64,000 nucleotides of DNA from Pocillopora damicornis (GCF_003704095.1 NW_020844538.1:1-64000); one strand, 5' to 3'; shown: positions 1-14,639, counted from the stretch's first letter. Program-made: numbers and translations. The notes: a model not told the origin generated them from the sequence alone.

Positions 1-1288
1 TTTTTCTCGCTAACAAGATATCGAAATGAGTATCTCAAATGCACTCATCGGATGCTGGGTTTTTTTTAGTATCACGGTAGAGAGGTGATGACGGCTGATC
101 ATTCACAAGGATGCATGGGAGAGAATGATCACCTACAAAACTGAAAGTTAGATTCGTCTGTTTCCTGTAAACTGACCCGCTGCAAATTATGATTTCAACG
201 ATTTTGCTCGACGGCGAATATAACTCATATTACACGCCATTAAGGGCTTGTTTTGATTATAGGTCGGTTATCATAAAGAGTAATGGAGCTTTCTTTTGCT
301 TGAACCATTTCTGATATCAACGGCCATTTTGTCTACTACAACGAAGTCACTCGTATAGCTCTCTTGGTTAAGTTTACACAGGAAGAATGGTAGTAACCGT
401 TTTGGAGCTGTGGTATGGTGCTTCCAATCGCCTAACTCTACTAAAGAGTGGTAGTTAAGCGAGCCAATTCTACTCAAACCATCAGATTCGTTGGCGCAGC
501 AAATAGTGGAGGAAAGCGGTGGATAACCAGCAAAAGCCTGCTATGTTAATCTAGATACTGTAATTCCGAAAAGTACTCACATGTAATTCGCAAAGCCACA
601 CACGCGCACCCAGTTAGTAGTAGAGGTAGATAGCAGAGAAAACTAACCTGCATCGATGATGATTCATTGCTGCGTAGTCTCAACTTAGCGACAGTTAAAA
701 CTGAAAGAGGAAGTTTGAGAAAGAGGCGCTCCCTTTTTATGACGTCATTTACTCAGGCGAGTGTCCCTGGCACTAGGGGCGTCACGTTACGATTCTCGAG
801 ATTTTGCACATTCCCTCCGACTGATTTGCAATCCGCTCACTTCAGCGTCTTCTGTAATACGAGTGCTTCTTGAAACCATTTCCATCGCTCAGCGAAATTA
901 CTCGCCGCTTCCCTCTTCAAACTCCTATACAATTCAATTGGAGATTTTTTGGGGGGAGGGGAGGGGCAGCCAGCCATACATCATGCGTAAAATCTCTCGT
1001 CAGTTATTCATTCATGTCCTATGTCAAGTGAGAAGTACTTTCTGATACAAAACACTTAATGTGAATTAGAGAACTTCTGCTTCATTTGTTGTGAATACTG
1101 CAATTTCATAATAGTACTGCAATCCGTTAAGATTTTTTAATGAAAATACTTTTCAATACACATTCCGTAGATAAATAAAATCGTCTTGCATTATCTTCGT
1201 TATCAACCGTACAGCACATTTCTCTTCAGTATAAAAGACAAGGCTGTCTGAAGAAGAAAGACTGGCATCAAAAAGATTAAATAATCGC

Positions 1289-4200
1289 CTAATGTAAATT
1301 AGTTGGGATGGGTGCTTGAGTGGTGAAATTACCAGTAATGTTACCACTAACTGTCTTATTGTCAACGGTCACTGTTTCATATGAAGGCGGTAAAGGAACA
1401 AAAAACCGGACAAATACGGCGGCACCTAATATCAGCAATGAAATACCCAACGGAATAAGACGTTTTAGAATGAGAGACTTTTTCTCTGATGATGTTAGTC
1501 TTATATGATGATTTGCATCACACGCTGTTCCTGAGGCACTCTCTTCTTGGTTACATTCAAGTTCGCCATTGTACTCTGTCCGTTTGTTCTCGTCACTAGT
1601 CAAGAGTTCAAAATGATTGTTTGCGGCATGATATCGGCTTAAGAATGGAAGGGATGAGGTCTTGTAAATCCAGCTGAACAGCATCGCATCTGATGAAAAA
1701 AGGAAAATGGTTATTATTACCCGAGAATCTCAATGAGGTCAACCGTTAGCCGTAAAAGGGCCAAAAAAATCCAGCCGTTAGGCGTAAAAGTTGACAAATT
1801 TTAACCAATAGTGGTAAAAAATGATAACCGTAAAAAAATGTCTGGTGATAACAATGGCCAAAATTTTAACCGTTAGCCGTGAAAAATATCACGGCTAATA
1901 AAAAATTCCTGGGCGTTTCACGTTACGCGGAAATAGATGAGCTCCTGCAAAATATGGCCCCAGCTAAGTTGAATTGATTTGAATAATTATTACAGAGAAG
2001 TTACAAGCATCCTTGGACCCCCTTTTCACCTCCTAACCACACCCTTGATATAACACCACTACCTCTTTCTCTTCTGCTAACTTCTACATTTATCCAAGTC
2101 TCTGATACATTGTACAACGCTGCCTTGATTGCTGTTCGTTCTTTCGCCTGATTGAGGCAACCAAAAAAGAAGCAAAATTATACGAAGTAACGAAGTAAGA
2201 AAAGGACCCAAGGTGGGGGAATTAATTTGCTGCAAACTGACAACAACTGTAGTATTCACTTTAATAAAAACCGTAAATAATATTACGTAAATAGCTGAAA
2301 ATTCAACAAAGCAACTCTAACGCCTCTTTTTGTCTTTTGTCCTTTTTTTTAATTAGCAAAAGTCTCTCTGACAAAAGTCCTCCTCACTTAATGTTCAGGG
2401 ACCTGCTAGTTAACCCATTGAAAAAAATCGCCCCAGAAAAGGCTTTAAGAGTCTACCATTACAATGAGAGGTCATCTAGGGCGGATATTTCCTTCGCCGC
2501 TCTGTTTCAAGTCGAAAGTATATAAAATAACACCCCTACAGGATATACAAATACAGACCAAGACTACTACAAATATTGAATTATACTACAATAATATGTA
2601 ATAATAAATATTAAATATGATAAATTACTGATTGATATACTAACCAGCTGTGCTTGCCTCTCCCAGTCTGTTTTCCACAGTAGAATCACATATAGAGACG
2701 CCTAAAATACAATCATAAGAGACTTTAATTTTGAAGAAAAGAGATCCAAACTATCCCAAAGACACCGATGGTAACTGGACGCAAAAACCGAACAGTAATT
2801 AAATGGCACTCAGCGGCTCACCTGAGATACGACCCCAATCCCCAAGCCTATCCAGAGACCTTCAAGCGAAATGACATCGGTAAGATCACATGACAAACTT
2901 AACACGCTCCCACAAAGCAAAGCGAGCACACATAAAAAACGATCATAAGACCTTACGCGAGCACACGCAAAAGAGCACACCGAGTGAAACAAACGAGGAA
3001 CTTTAAATAGATGAGTAAATTTCGCCTCCAACTATGCAAAGTCATGTTCCACTTGTGACCTGTCAGCACTTTCAAAGGTGAAATAATAACATCCAAAGGC
3101 TATTTCATTACGGTTTTATTTTTCCTTCTTTTTTTCTCCTCGACCATACCGTCTAGCATTCTCTAAGACCATCCAATTCCTTATCAAATTTTTTTACACC
3201 AACCCTCTTAATCTGCTTTTTTTTATGTGTCACCGAACATGCAAGAAAGTGCTGATGGTATAAGCCAAGCTTTAATCGAGTAGGAACTACTACGACCCGC
3301 ACGTATCATAAAATTTATCCTTTCACCGAAAACGGCTATCAAACATTGACATATTTGCTGAATTTAAACGCTGATGTAGCAATTTTCAATTCCTTTACCT
3401 GTAATTTCATGGAAGACTAAAAACATCAACGTTATCCCACAAGGAAGCCCAATACAGCAATAAGCAACAAAATTTATCAGTACTCCTATCGTCTGCCGGC
3501 CTGATCCTCGGACAATACCACTGCAAACACCCTTAAAAAAATATTAACCGAAAGAAAACTCATTTGACAATGACTTGAGTCTTGGGCCCTGCAGTTGCTT
3601 TGCAAGTTGTGTCAGCGGTCTACTACAAATGCGGCTAATGCGATGTTTTTGGCAATTTTGACAACAAATCATATAAATACCATTTAGAGAGGAAAGAATC
3701 TTTGAACTCAACTGACAGCCCAAACATCCGTTACTACCTTGCCTGACCAATTTCCTTTGAATTTTCATCAGAACGTAATGAACAAGAAATCGTTATTCGT
3801 CAATAATCCATTAAACAGTTAAATTTCATGAGAGCGAGAGTGGCTTGATTACATTTTCTTTTCAGTTGCTATGGAAGTACAAGATTAGCAGCTAGATATT
3901 TTCGACTATAAATACTCTTGTAACATTGTAAAATACAAGGTCGAAGAACGGAGGTGACGAAAACAGTCAAGTAAAAAATTAAAGTTTACCTGACTTCTGG
4001 TGGTTAATTAAAGACACTAAACGGCTAAGAATTGTTCTTTACCTGGACTCCATCAAAGAGAAAATAGGCAGACATGAAGCGAATATTCTTTGTGTATAAT
4101 GACAACACTTCGCTGCACAAAAAAAAAACGATTTTCATTCAGTAAACATAACGTTAAGATGTTTAATAAACAATTAAAATGACAGACAGAGAAATGGTCT

Positions 4201-7200
4201 TCGTCGCAGGTGCGACTGATTTAGACTGACATGCATGAGCGAGGAATTTTGACCGGCAAGCACGAGAAGTTAGGCGAGATGCACACAAGAGCAAAACCTT
4301 TCTTTGGAAGGGAGCTCTATCTCGCGTGTCTGTTCCCTCGCACGCGTGTTTCTTTGGTGCACGCGTGTTTCTTTAGTGCGTCCTTTTTTTTGCTACGTTG
4401 ACTAAGAGACCATTGCCTTAATTTTGAGATCCTTTCAATAACGAGGTAATAAAGCGGTAATCTGAGGTTCAAACGTAAATTTATCACAGCATCATAACTG
4501 ATAACATTGCTAATCATAAAATTACAGTTCACTTGTCAAGTTGTTATTGGATAGTTCAATAAGCCAATCACACTCAGAATTGTAGTGTAAATCAACCAAT
4601 CACAACCTGGGTCTCAATCACCATTGAAACTGTGTACAGACTCCAAAATTGAGGTTTTCTTTAATATGGAGAATTTTTTTTCTCCTTTTCATGGAAATTA
4701 TAATTTTATGATGAATTAGTAATAAGATTTCGTGTCATCCAATTTTCAGTCTGTAATCATACTCGTGATAAACAAATTGGAATGTCTGATTTTGTTAGCA
4801 CTCATATGATTACAGACTGCTTTGGACTCCACTCAGTCCCATCACCATTTCAAATTACCAATGAATAATGTACGAACCTGTTATCAGTAAACACTCTTCC
4901 AGTCATGTCTTGCAGTCCAAAGAAAATAGCAAACACAACAAGATCTATACAGACTGTAGGTAAAAGAGTTTTATCTTCAACTGAGAGTCGAAATCAATCC
5001 GTCTTTATTTCAAGAAATAATGGCTATAGGTGACCGCAAATGTTGGTGAATTTATATTGTATTGGTATCTATGATTCCACTACGAGTTTAAGGTACTTTT
5101 CTAATAATTTTCTACAAGTTTTTACCGATAAGTCCAATGGCCACTTTCGCCGTCCTTTTTGCCGCAGCTGGGTCGCCAGCACCCAAAGCATTTCCAACAC
5201 GGACACCAGCGGCAATGCTTATTCCAAGAGGAATCTACACATGTAAAACAATGGGGTTAAATGACTATACCACATAACTTAAGTAAGGAAAAGTCCATTA
5301 ACAGAGACATGTATCATGAGAGAGTGTAGATCTAAACATTCAAGAACAATGGAAACCTGAATACATTGTCATAAATCTTAGTGCTATTAATTGATACCAA
5401 CGATTTTAATCTGCATTTTATCATCATACATTTCATAAGTTTTGTTTTCTCACTCACCATAAAATGAAATGCGGCCCACTGGAAAATTACCCCATATGTG
5501 GCCAGTTGGTACTCACCATACGACCCTTTCAAGGTAAAATAACAGAAACTATCGTATTACTTATCACCACATGGTTATTAAAATAAAATTAATTTATATC
5601 ATAAAAAGTAAGTACTGGACAAATTTCTAATTGAGCGTCAACAATAATCCTTGACTTTTAGATGTTAGTTTTATTTTACTTCACTCTGTGATCAGATGCT
5701 TTGAGTTCTTGTCAGGTTGTTGTGTTATTTTCCTTTTCTCTAGAAAGCCTTAGTTCAGCTAAGATTTGTTTTAATGATATTAAATCAAAATTTGAAGGAG
5801 TAATAATGGTTTTGTTAAAGGCTATACCAATTGAAACAAAGCAAATTGTGGAAAAACATCTGTTGTCTTTTAGATAAGAATTAGTGTAACAAGCAGACAC
5901 AGGAGTGTAGGGTGTATCTGCTGAATTCAAACTTATTTCAAGTTAACATGAGAGGAGAACTTTACTTCCTTGGGCAAGAATTCACTTAGCACAGGGTGTC
6001 CACTAACAAAATAGCATCTGCTCGGCACAGGTTTTGCTTGTTGTCAATTTTGCTTACTCATAGGCCTCAGTCAATAATGAATTTCATAACATAAATTAAG
6101 TATGAGCCAGTACATGGAAAAAATTGCTACAAATTCGAATGCTATATATTGGACTGACTTAAAAATTGCCCGAATTCCCACTTAAGAGTCCAGGAATAAC
6201 TTTCTGTTGTTTGAAACATTCATCTAAGTACCTGCAAGAAATGATCCTATTTCAAAACTCCACCACTCAATACAAATCATCACCATTCCAGCCACAGCAA
6301 GCTTGATAAACTGTCCCCAGTCTAACAGACTTTCTATGGTCCAGCCTAAAATGCAATATAATTGGACAAATTATACAAGAGAAGCTATGCTATATGGCAA
6401 ATCTACAGATAATAAATACAAATAAATATCCCTGATGATGAATTTCTGGTTAAATTCTACAGTGCATGATGGTTTTGGTGACCAACAGATCAAGAAGGTT
6501 TAAGATTAATGAAAACTAGTTTCCATGTAATCCCCTCCCACACAACAATTCCCGATTGAAAGCTCCTCTAAAAGTTGGCCTCTACTTATTTTTACTCCTT
6601 GGTGTAGAAAGGCACATTGAGAGTAAAGTTTCTCTTGCCAGGAACATAATGCAATGGCTCTGCCAGTCCTCTAACTTCTCTACCTACAGCCCATTGCGCT
6701 AACCTTGGGGCAATCCCATCTCCATCCTTTCCCCCTAACCAACTGTTATTTGTATTCCAGAAAAGGAGAGAGGATAATATACAAACCAAAATGATTCATG
6801 CCACCCTGTTATTCTTCCCATGTGAACAGTATAAACAGGAAAAAAATTTTTAACATATTTCTATACAAATTACAAAATTTGTCCTGCTACATGTCACAGC
6901 ACCATCCTGATTACTGAAGTGGCCCTTAACGTGTGTATCCAAACTGACTCAAACAGTCAAGCTGTTAATTTAATTTTTCTGTCTACCAGTGAGTTAACAA
7001 AGCAGGGGTGTGCTGTCAATATTAATGATGTAGGTCTGTTTTGAGTACCTGGCCATGTTTTTGCATCCAACTTCATAACCTTCATATAAACAAAGGTCGA
7101 CAAAAATAGAATCACATTGGTAAAAGACCAGCTGATGGCAATCCCACTAGAGAGACAAAACTAATTTAGTAATATTGAATATCATCAAAAGTCCCACACA

Positions 7201-10200
7201 TTCAAGTGTTACAAAGTTAATAAACCCCACAAACAGTCAAGGGAAATGAAAAAAGTTTAAAGTATGGTGTGAATTTAAGCCTGAAAAGTGTTCTTCAAAG
7301 AAAATGGCTCTATGTCCACTTTAGCATGAAGTTAAATTCAAATTAACCCTTTAACTGCTAAGATCTGATTGTTAATTCTTCCCTCAAGCTGCAACTCATT
7401 TGTATGTAAATTAGCCATAGATCTTGTTTGCTTTTTTATTTTTATATATTCAAGACTTTATCCAAAGGAGTACAAGTTCTATGCCAATCATATGTTTGTT
7501 TCTACAGCTGTACCTAATTTTAGTGCAAATTTCCCTATTTTAGCAGGTTCACATTAGCATTTTGGCTGGGTAATTATTAAAGCTACTGTTTAATTACCTG
7601 CACTGTCAAAATGAGAGATGCACCAACTGATTAACTGACCAAATGCATGCAAAACAATTTAGGAGACACTTACCTGAAACCCCATTTAAGGACATATACC
7701 ATCAATGCACTTACACCAATCTGAATAGCATTGGAGACAGCACCAACATAAAGAATTGGTTTCACAACACCCTGCAAAGAAGATTAATAAAATATATTTA
7801 ACAAATAAAGATCATAATGAATCCACCTGTCAACAAGCAACATTACAGTGCATTGAAATGGCTTACTGAGAGACAGAAAGAAAGCCAGACAGAGAGATTG
7901 AGTCAATCATAAACTACAGGTTTCACCATTGCACAATAACACAATTTAAGGTATTGTTTCTTTGATGTGAAATATACATGCATCATCCATTGCCTTTCAA
8001 ATAAGAAATAAAAAGGTAGATATATCAAATGTATATTTTCAAATTGCAGTGTTTTTGAAAATGGGTGTATGTATATGACTTCTGTATGAATGTTTACATA
8101 CATGTACATGTGTTAATTTTTAAACTGCATACATGTATTTACTTTTTAAAACATTTCATATATAGGTGCAGCATAGTATGAAGTGTGTGCAAAATAGTTA
8201 AACAAATTATACCTGGGTCTGAAGATATCTTTGTAATAGAAAGAACATGAAGATAGCCTGTGGAAACCAAGAACATTCATTTGTACTTAATGAGATTTCT
8301 GATCTACTAGGATGATATTTGAGCAATACTGTGAGTAATATTGATGTATTTTTCTATGGTAACTATGAATCAATCTTAAATAGCCCAGGTAGGAGTTAAA
8401 ATAGAGACTAGGGAAGTAGTACAGGAAAAAATCCTCCATGGTCTCCTCCCTACAACAAAGTCCGCTTTACCTGTATGGATCCAAGATCATGGTAGCTACA
8501 AACTTTAATATGAAATAATAATTTATGGAAAAAAAAATTGAGTTACTTACTATTGAAGCAGGAATGCATGTAAGGGTAAACTCCTGTGTTAGGCTATGGG
8601 AAAAATAAAACAATTAGGTACAAGATATCACAATTGGTAATATCGGGGCACAGCATCCAATTTCTGCATTGTGTTTTAGTTTACATCTAGCATTAGGTCA
8701 CACTAGCCTGCTCTCCCAGCTTCTGAACCTCAGAATCTTATATGCTGATCAATTTGAAGCTTTAACATCCCCCAGTCAACCCACAGGGATTTGACCATCA
8801 TCCATGCCCAGGGGGTGAGGAATTTGAACCAAGCCAGGGTGAGGTGAGACATTTAAACTGAAAGTGTCAAGTCTTTCTGGCTTAATACAAGAAGAGGAAT
8901 TAAAAGGTAAAGAGACTACGTTCATGAGCAAATGGCTTAGAAAGACAATTTCCACACAGGAGACTGATACTCACAATCAAAAAACCCAGCAGCAGCCCCC
9001 CAAACTACTGTGTTACTTTNNNNNNNNNNNNNNNNNNNNNNNNNNNNNNNNNNNNNNNNNNNNNNNNNNNNNNNNNNNNNNNNNNNNNNNNNNNNNNNNN
9101 NNNNNNNNNNNNNNNNNNNNNNNNNNNNNNNNNNNNNNNNNNNNNNNNNNNNNNNNNNNNNNNNNNNNNNNCATTATTGTCTGCTGTTTATTGCAAAATG
9201 TATCAAGCAGATTAATTATTATTAAAATTTCATTTGTATTTTCTTTTACCCTTCCTCTTTCCACCTCTAAAATTCCTGCATCAAGCCCTTTTGTCTTTTG
9301 TTGTAATCAAGATGATGTCATACACTGTTGAGTCCTGGTATTTCACTAATGTCTTCATAAAATTTTTTTTTTAAACCCTACAAGAGATCAGGGCTTAGTT
9401 GTTTCAAGGGCAAATAAAGCTCTCTCGGGAGTGGATAAATCCCCATCCAGTGGATAAGCGTTAATAAAATGTACTGTGTTATCCATCTATTCTATCCTTT
9501 GAGCAACCACGGCATTTGTCTGTAATGGATTGATGTTATAGGAAAAAGTCACTATTGTTAATCATTTGTGGGAGTTACAGAATCTGATATGAAGACTGGA
9601 CTGAATTTTCTAAGACTAAACTTGCTAGTGAAGGATTCCTGACATTCAGATTCATAGAAGTTTATCATTACCATTACTTTCTAAGTATTATAACTTACTG
9701 GAAGTTTCTTTATACTTTACTCACTGGGAAACATTTCTTTTCTGTTCTACCCTCAGCAACAGCAGTTCAGCATTGATCCAGAGTGCCCAGGTTAATATAC
9801 ATGCAATACCCAATATCCAAATCCCTCTCTGAAATGCGATGCCTGCCATGCGATAGTTCTTGGCTCCAACAGCTTGCGAGCCTAATGTCTCCAAAGCTGA
9901 AGACAAACCAGTGAACAAAGATGGTCCCGTGACATTGACAAATGAAATAGCTAATGTCCCTGCTGCTAGTTCAACTTCTCCAAGACGTCCCGCAAAAAAC
10001 AGGGTTATCATGGAGATCAAATGGTAGAAAAAATAAGAAAACACAGTGGGCCATGCAAGAGTAAACAGTCCTCTGATTTCAAGACAAGTAACACTTGATA
10101 ACAATCCACCTAAACAGCCAGATGTCCTCTCCAGTCGATAATGTTCATCCTTTTGTCTAATATGTATATCAAATTCATTGTTTGGTGACACAGATTCCAA

Positions 10201-10215
10201 TGCATCATTGGCCAT
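1289..10215 (-). CDS. SLC47A1: MATE family multidrug and toxin extrusion transporter (SLC47A1-like), about 15 coding exons
   Basis: Exons joined at GT-AG sites (approx.): 10215-9725 (MANDAL...LAWPT...GRLGEVELAAGTLAISFVNVTG...GLSSALETLGSQAVGAKNY...FQRG), 8593-8551, 8257-8213, 7771-7674, 7146-7049, 6345-6232 (GWTIESLLDWGQFIKLAVAGMVMICIEWWSFEIG), 5525-5458, 5234-5126 (IPLGISIAAGVRVGNALGAG), 4953-4878, 4112-4043, 3531-3399 (GVCSGIVRGSGRQTIG...IGLPCG), 2859-2822 (GLWIG), 2701-2645, 2147-2073, 1689-1289 (extra C-terminal TM helix). These are standard MATE motifs. A probable non-coding 5' exon ends at a GTAAG donor near 11627. Orthology to SLC47A1 versus A2 cannot be resolved. Confidence 0.9.
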
Positions 10216-12651
10216 TAGGTTTTGGGTATGAGATCTATAAACAAGGTCAGTCAAACAGAACCAAGATAAGAATTGGTTACTCAAAAAAATCCTAAGTCAT
10301 ATATACCTTTCCGGCCAAGTTACATTATTGATTTTATGTTCCATAAGCAAAATTGTAACGCAAGTTACTTGGAAATCTTCAAGTGATGCTTGAAATAGTA
10401 AACCTAACTACCAGTATTCACCAAATTTCCTTGAAAAAAATGTCCACGCTCTAAATAACCACCCTCCTTCCACCATTAAATCAAACAAGTGCCTGTCTCA
10501 AATTAACATCTCCCCCCCTCCTCCTCCGTCACTTTCTTAAATAGTAGGGATATGAGGAAAACCTGTTTCTACTGCCACTTAAGTTAAACTTTTTAAGCTG
10601 CAACTGCAGTAGAACTAGTACAGGAGAATAATAAGCACCCCTCTTGATTAAGTGCCCTCCTTCCCTTAAGCAATGCTCCTTTTAGCCAAAATTTTAAATA
10701 AGTGCCAAGGTGCTCATTCAGGTAAATACAATATCTTAAGTTTGACCTGTCTGACATATTTTCAAGTTCCATTAAAATTCTCAGTCAAAAAAGTTATTAT
10801 TGCAAATGTATCATTTCAAATGCATCCCTCTTTGGGTTACACAGTATTGAAATTTGCCCATATTCTCATAGAATTCTTAAAATGAGTTGTTGAAGGGTTA
10901 GGAACAAAACATCCCCATCCTTTCCCCAGTTAAAGGGGGTAAGAGTACAACTGTCTTCCCCCTTACTTTCAGTCTACATCAAAAAACAAGAGTGACTCAC
11001 TGACAAGGAACAATGGTCACAATTTATTCTCACTGAAAAAGAGTAGTATATCAGTGGTGGAAGAAAAACTTTCAGCGTTGCTACTTAATTATTCAACAGT
11101 TTTATAATAGAGATGTAAAAGAGAGAAAAATAGTGGGATGAAACATGGACTACGGGACAATGGATCGGAATACGGACTTGCGAACTAGTCGTGTAACGCG
11201 AAGAATGGTATCCAACGAAGAATAGCAGTTACTTGAGAGAATCGTGCGGAGCGACTTAAAGAATTTTAACTTCTATTCTTGAAGAATTTCATATTAGGAG
11301 TTCAACTTTCTCAAGGTTGTTGATGTTGACGAGTTTTTGTACATCACAAAACTTTTGATCGACGATTTTCGACGCGCGTTCAAACAAAGCCTTTGTTATT
11401 AGCCTTTGCCGACTCTTTCGGGTAACCGCCACACGTTCATAGCCTTTGCAATCGTACCTTGCCTCGAAATGCTAATAGTTGTCTTTGCAAAACGGATAAT
11501 AAGTGAAAGATCGGAGCTTTCTAATTTTAATAGCGCATTTATCCTTTTAATATTGGACCGATAGGAACCAAATTAACAAGACAACCGCACTCGAGGACCT
11601 CAAAGCTAAGAATCATACCGTTCTTACCTATTTGAAACGCTACGGCTTTATCCAAAGGCTCACGTTTACCACCTTGTCGCGTGACTTCCAACACTGCAAA
11701 AGATCTTCACAGCGTTTTCGCTGACGTAACAAAATTCACCTTCTCAAATAGGCCTACGACCTTCAATGGTTACCCCGACCGAAATGTCATTACTTACCCC
11801 GAGTCCCTCCTGTGTCCAGCCGCCCCCTCCAAGTTTTCCCAGACCCTATTGGGAGCAATTCACTAAGACAACAAGAACAAAAAGAATACCTGCCCTGTAA
11901 TATTCTTGACTCAACGTAAACTGGGCAGCTGTTTTTAAGCTATATTTTTCCCCGAATTGAAAGAAATACAGTTATCTTGTACCCCATTAGTCTCCTGTAA
12001 CCTTTTCATTCCAATACTAAGTAATCTATGTGATCTAGAGCTCTTGGTACCTGATTGTTTCCCATGCTTCAGTCACATTTCTTTCAACTTTATATTGGTT
12101 AGAATTACTATTTGACTATCTAACATCACAAAATAGTAATCAGGAAATTAAGTTTCACCCTTTAACTCCCATGAGTAACCATGAGAGAATTTCTTCTTAC
12201 AGTGTCAATGCAATATCAAGCAGACAATATTATTGATGAGAATAAAGAAAAAAATAGCCATAAATGAATTGTTAGTTGATCCGATTCGAAATTCTCTAAA
12301 CTAACATCATATGAACTGTATGGCAGATAGTAAGGTAAATTAATGATGAGATCTTGGGTGTGAGAGTTAATGCTGGCTGGCATTTGTCTCTGGAGATTCA
12401 TTAATGTCAAGAGTTTAAGACTTAAACAAACAGCAAGGAAAGAGTAAATTTTAAAACCCTTTAATCCCCAAGAGTGACTAGCATGCACTATTGCCTCAAA
12501 ATCAATGGCAACATCATGAGAATACAGGAAATAATTATGTTGCCAAATATCGAAATAATTTAGTGGCCAAAATTTTTTGCTACTTGCCATGGAGACAGGT
12601 AAGGTTGAAACTTAGAGCACTGGGTCAAGAGTATGATTCTGTTCCTAGAGG

Positions 12652-12653
<2 letters not shown>

Positions 12654-12686
<33 letters not shown>

Positions 12687-13190
12687 AAACATTTCTATAG
12701 TGCCCTATTCTAGAGTTCTAAGGCACTTAACAATAAAATGTTTAAAACAGTAACTTAGCAAATAATAAATTCGAAAAATACCAAAGCAAAACTACAAATC
12801 GAAATAGCGCTTAAAAAGATAAGTTTTAAGGTTGCTTTTAAAAGATGTAAGATTTAAACTACATTTCATATGCTCTGGAAGATTATTCCAAAGTTTAAGG
12901 GTACAGACCAATAAAGCACGATCACCATAAAATTTTAACCTTGATCTAGGTGTCACTAACAAGTTCCTGGTTGATGACCATAAATTCCTAGATGGCTTGC
13001 AAGCTTGCAACAAATCATGAACATAGCTAGGACCTAAATCATTTAAAGATTTAAAAGTCAACAGTAGGATTTTGAAAACAATCCTCTGCTCCACAGGAAG
13101 CCAGTGTAGCTCCCTTCGTAAAGGGGTAATACAATCATATTTAGAACCACATAAGATTAGATGCGCCGCACAGTTCTGAACTAATTCTAA
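12654..13190 (-). mobile_element. 3' fragment of an L2/CR1-clade LINE with (TAT)n tail
   Basis: The minus strand encodes ...ITPLRRELHWLPVEQRIVFKILLLTFKSL...PSY...PSRNLWS...LLVTPR...YGDRA...KLWNNLP...FKSNLKTYLF, the typical L2 ORF2 C-terminus. A short 3'UTR and an (ATT)n microsatellite tail follow at 12654-12683. Confidence 0.85.
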
Positions 13191-13233
13191 CTAACTCAAT
13201 AAGTATTATTACTAAGATGGAATATTTCACTCT

Positions 13234-13445
13234 TTAACCCCTTAGCCCTTAAGAGTGACTAGCATCTGATTTCTCCTTACCATATCACCCCTGAATCAAA
13301 CATGAAAGTCATGAGAATAAAGGAGATGATAACAAACTAAAGCCGCTCTTGATTGTTAAACAAATTCTCCTTGTCAGCCTCTTTGGAAATGTATAGTGAA
13401 CAGTATGGAGAATGTGCAAACTGATGTTAGGGTGAAAAGGGTTAA
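13234..13445. mobile_element. piggyBac-type MITE (about 205 bp, TTAA-flanked), subfamily A
   Basis: TTAA-CCCCTTAG...TGAAAAGGG-TTAA. Related copies at about 20764-20975, 22365-22572, 24325-24510, 25200-25400, 36680-36878, 40595-40794, 46478-46896, 49896-50107 and 52160-52371. Confidence 0.8.
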
Positions 13446-13699
13446 CAGGAAAATTAAGAATGAGATAATGGCAGTTTGTTAGGTACATAATGATCTTAAA
13501 ACAAGATTTTACTACACAGAACAACAACTGAGACTGCAAAGAATCACTGAAAATTGTGTATTTAATACAAGTGTGGACTTAAATTGATGACATTTTGACA
13601 GCTCACTACTAGATGAAACAAAAGAAATGGCTCTATCTTGTTCCTGTTTAATTTTTCTGTCCATAAAGAAGGTTGTTTACAATTACTATAAAAGCTTCC

Positions 13700-14639
13700 T
13701 CAACCAATGAAATTCATGACCACAAGATGGAGAATGATGCTGGCAAAGATAAAATCAGCAAATGCTCTCTCTGGAGAAATCCCTTTGAAATCAGAATAGT
13801 TGGCTGGGTTGCTTTGCACTCGTAGACAAACTGTAACAAAAAGTATTACACCATTAAACAAGAGAAATTGCTTCATAGGGGATCAATCATTCAGTGATTT
13901 GTTATAAGGCAAAACAAAGAAACTAGTAGACATGATTTGAAATCAAATGAAAAAATTATACATTAAATGTAAGTGCATAAAAGTGCAAAATAATACAATG
14001 CTAAAGCACAAAGCCACCATCACTCCAATTAAATTTCCTCTCTGTTCCTGTGCAACAGGAGTTGCAGGTAAAGCTTTGTCTTGAGCATATGTTAAATTCC
14101 ACCATTGTAGAACATTTGGCCATTAATTATGGTTTTGTTATTTTTTTCTCTCAAAATCAAGCCCACAAATGATCTTAAATATTTCAGAAAAACCAATGCA
14201 AATTGTGAGCTCAGTGTTTCCGGAAAATTACAGCAAATTGTTGGTTATAAAATTCTGTGCTAGAGTGGTATACTTCACTTACGCAAATACCACGTGTCTT
14301 GTAAGATCTTTCAATGTACGTGTCACACGCAGAAACTGAGACAGTAGATTGCCCACAATTTACTCGCAAAACATGCTAATATAACGAGTGAATATCAGCG
14401 TTCGCTCTATATATCTTCTTACCTCCTAAAACAAAAGATCCGACACAGGAAATAAATCCAGACAGGAATGAGTTGAATGGAAAAGTTCCCACTAAGCAAC
14501 AGTACACGAATTGAATGATTCCCGTTAGCATGATGTAAAACAGATATGCATCGACTATCTTGAGCTTCTTTGGTGTCGTCTGGTTGTATTCATCATAGAA
14601 TTTCACCAGGATGTTCTTTATGTTGGAGAAAGTATCCAT
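13700..14639 (-). CDS. DAD1: Defender against cell death 1 / oligosaccharyltransferase subunit OST2, 2 coding exons
   Basis: Exon 1 14639-14423 ([72 protein letters not shown], donor GTAAGA). Exon 2 13830-13700 ([43 protein letters not shown]-stop). Very close to known DAD1 sequences. Confidence 0.97.

Noticed and set aside
271-327. uORF MAVDIR... resembling the AMD1 MAGDIS regulatory peptide
   Set aside because: Only 4 of 6 residues match, there is no stop after codon 6, and no AMD1 coding sequence is visible.
8864-9331. ORFs spanning the N gap, and a possible missing MATE exon
   Set aside because: The ORFs are artefacts of N codons. The flanking MATE exons join in frame (RNVS-H-LTQEF), so no exon is missing.
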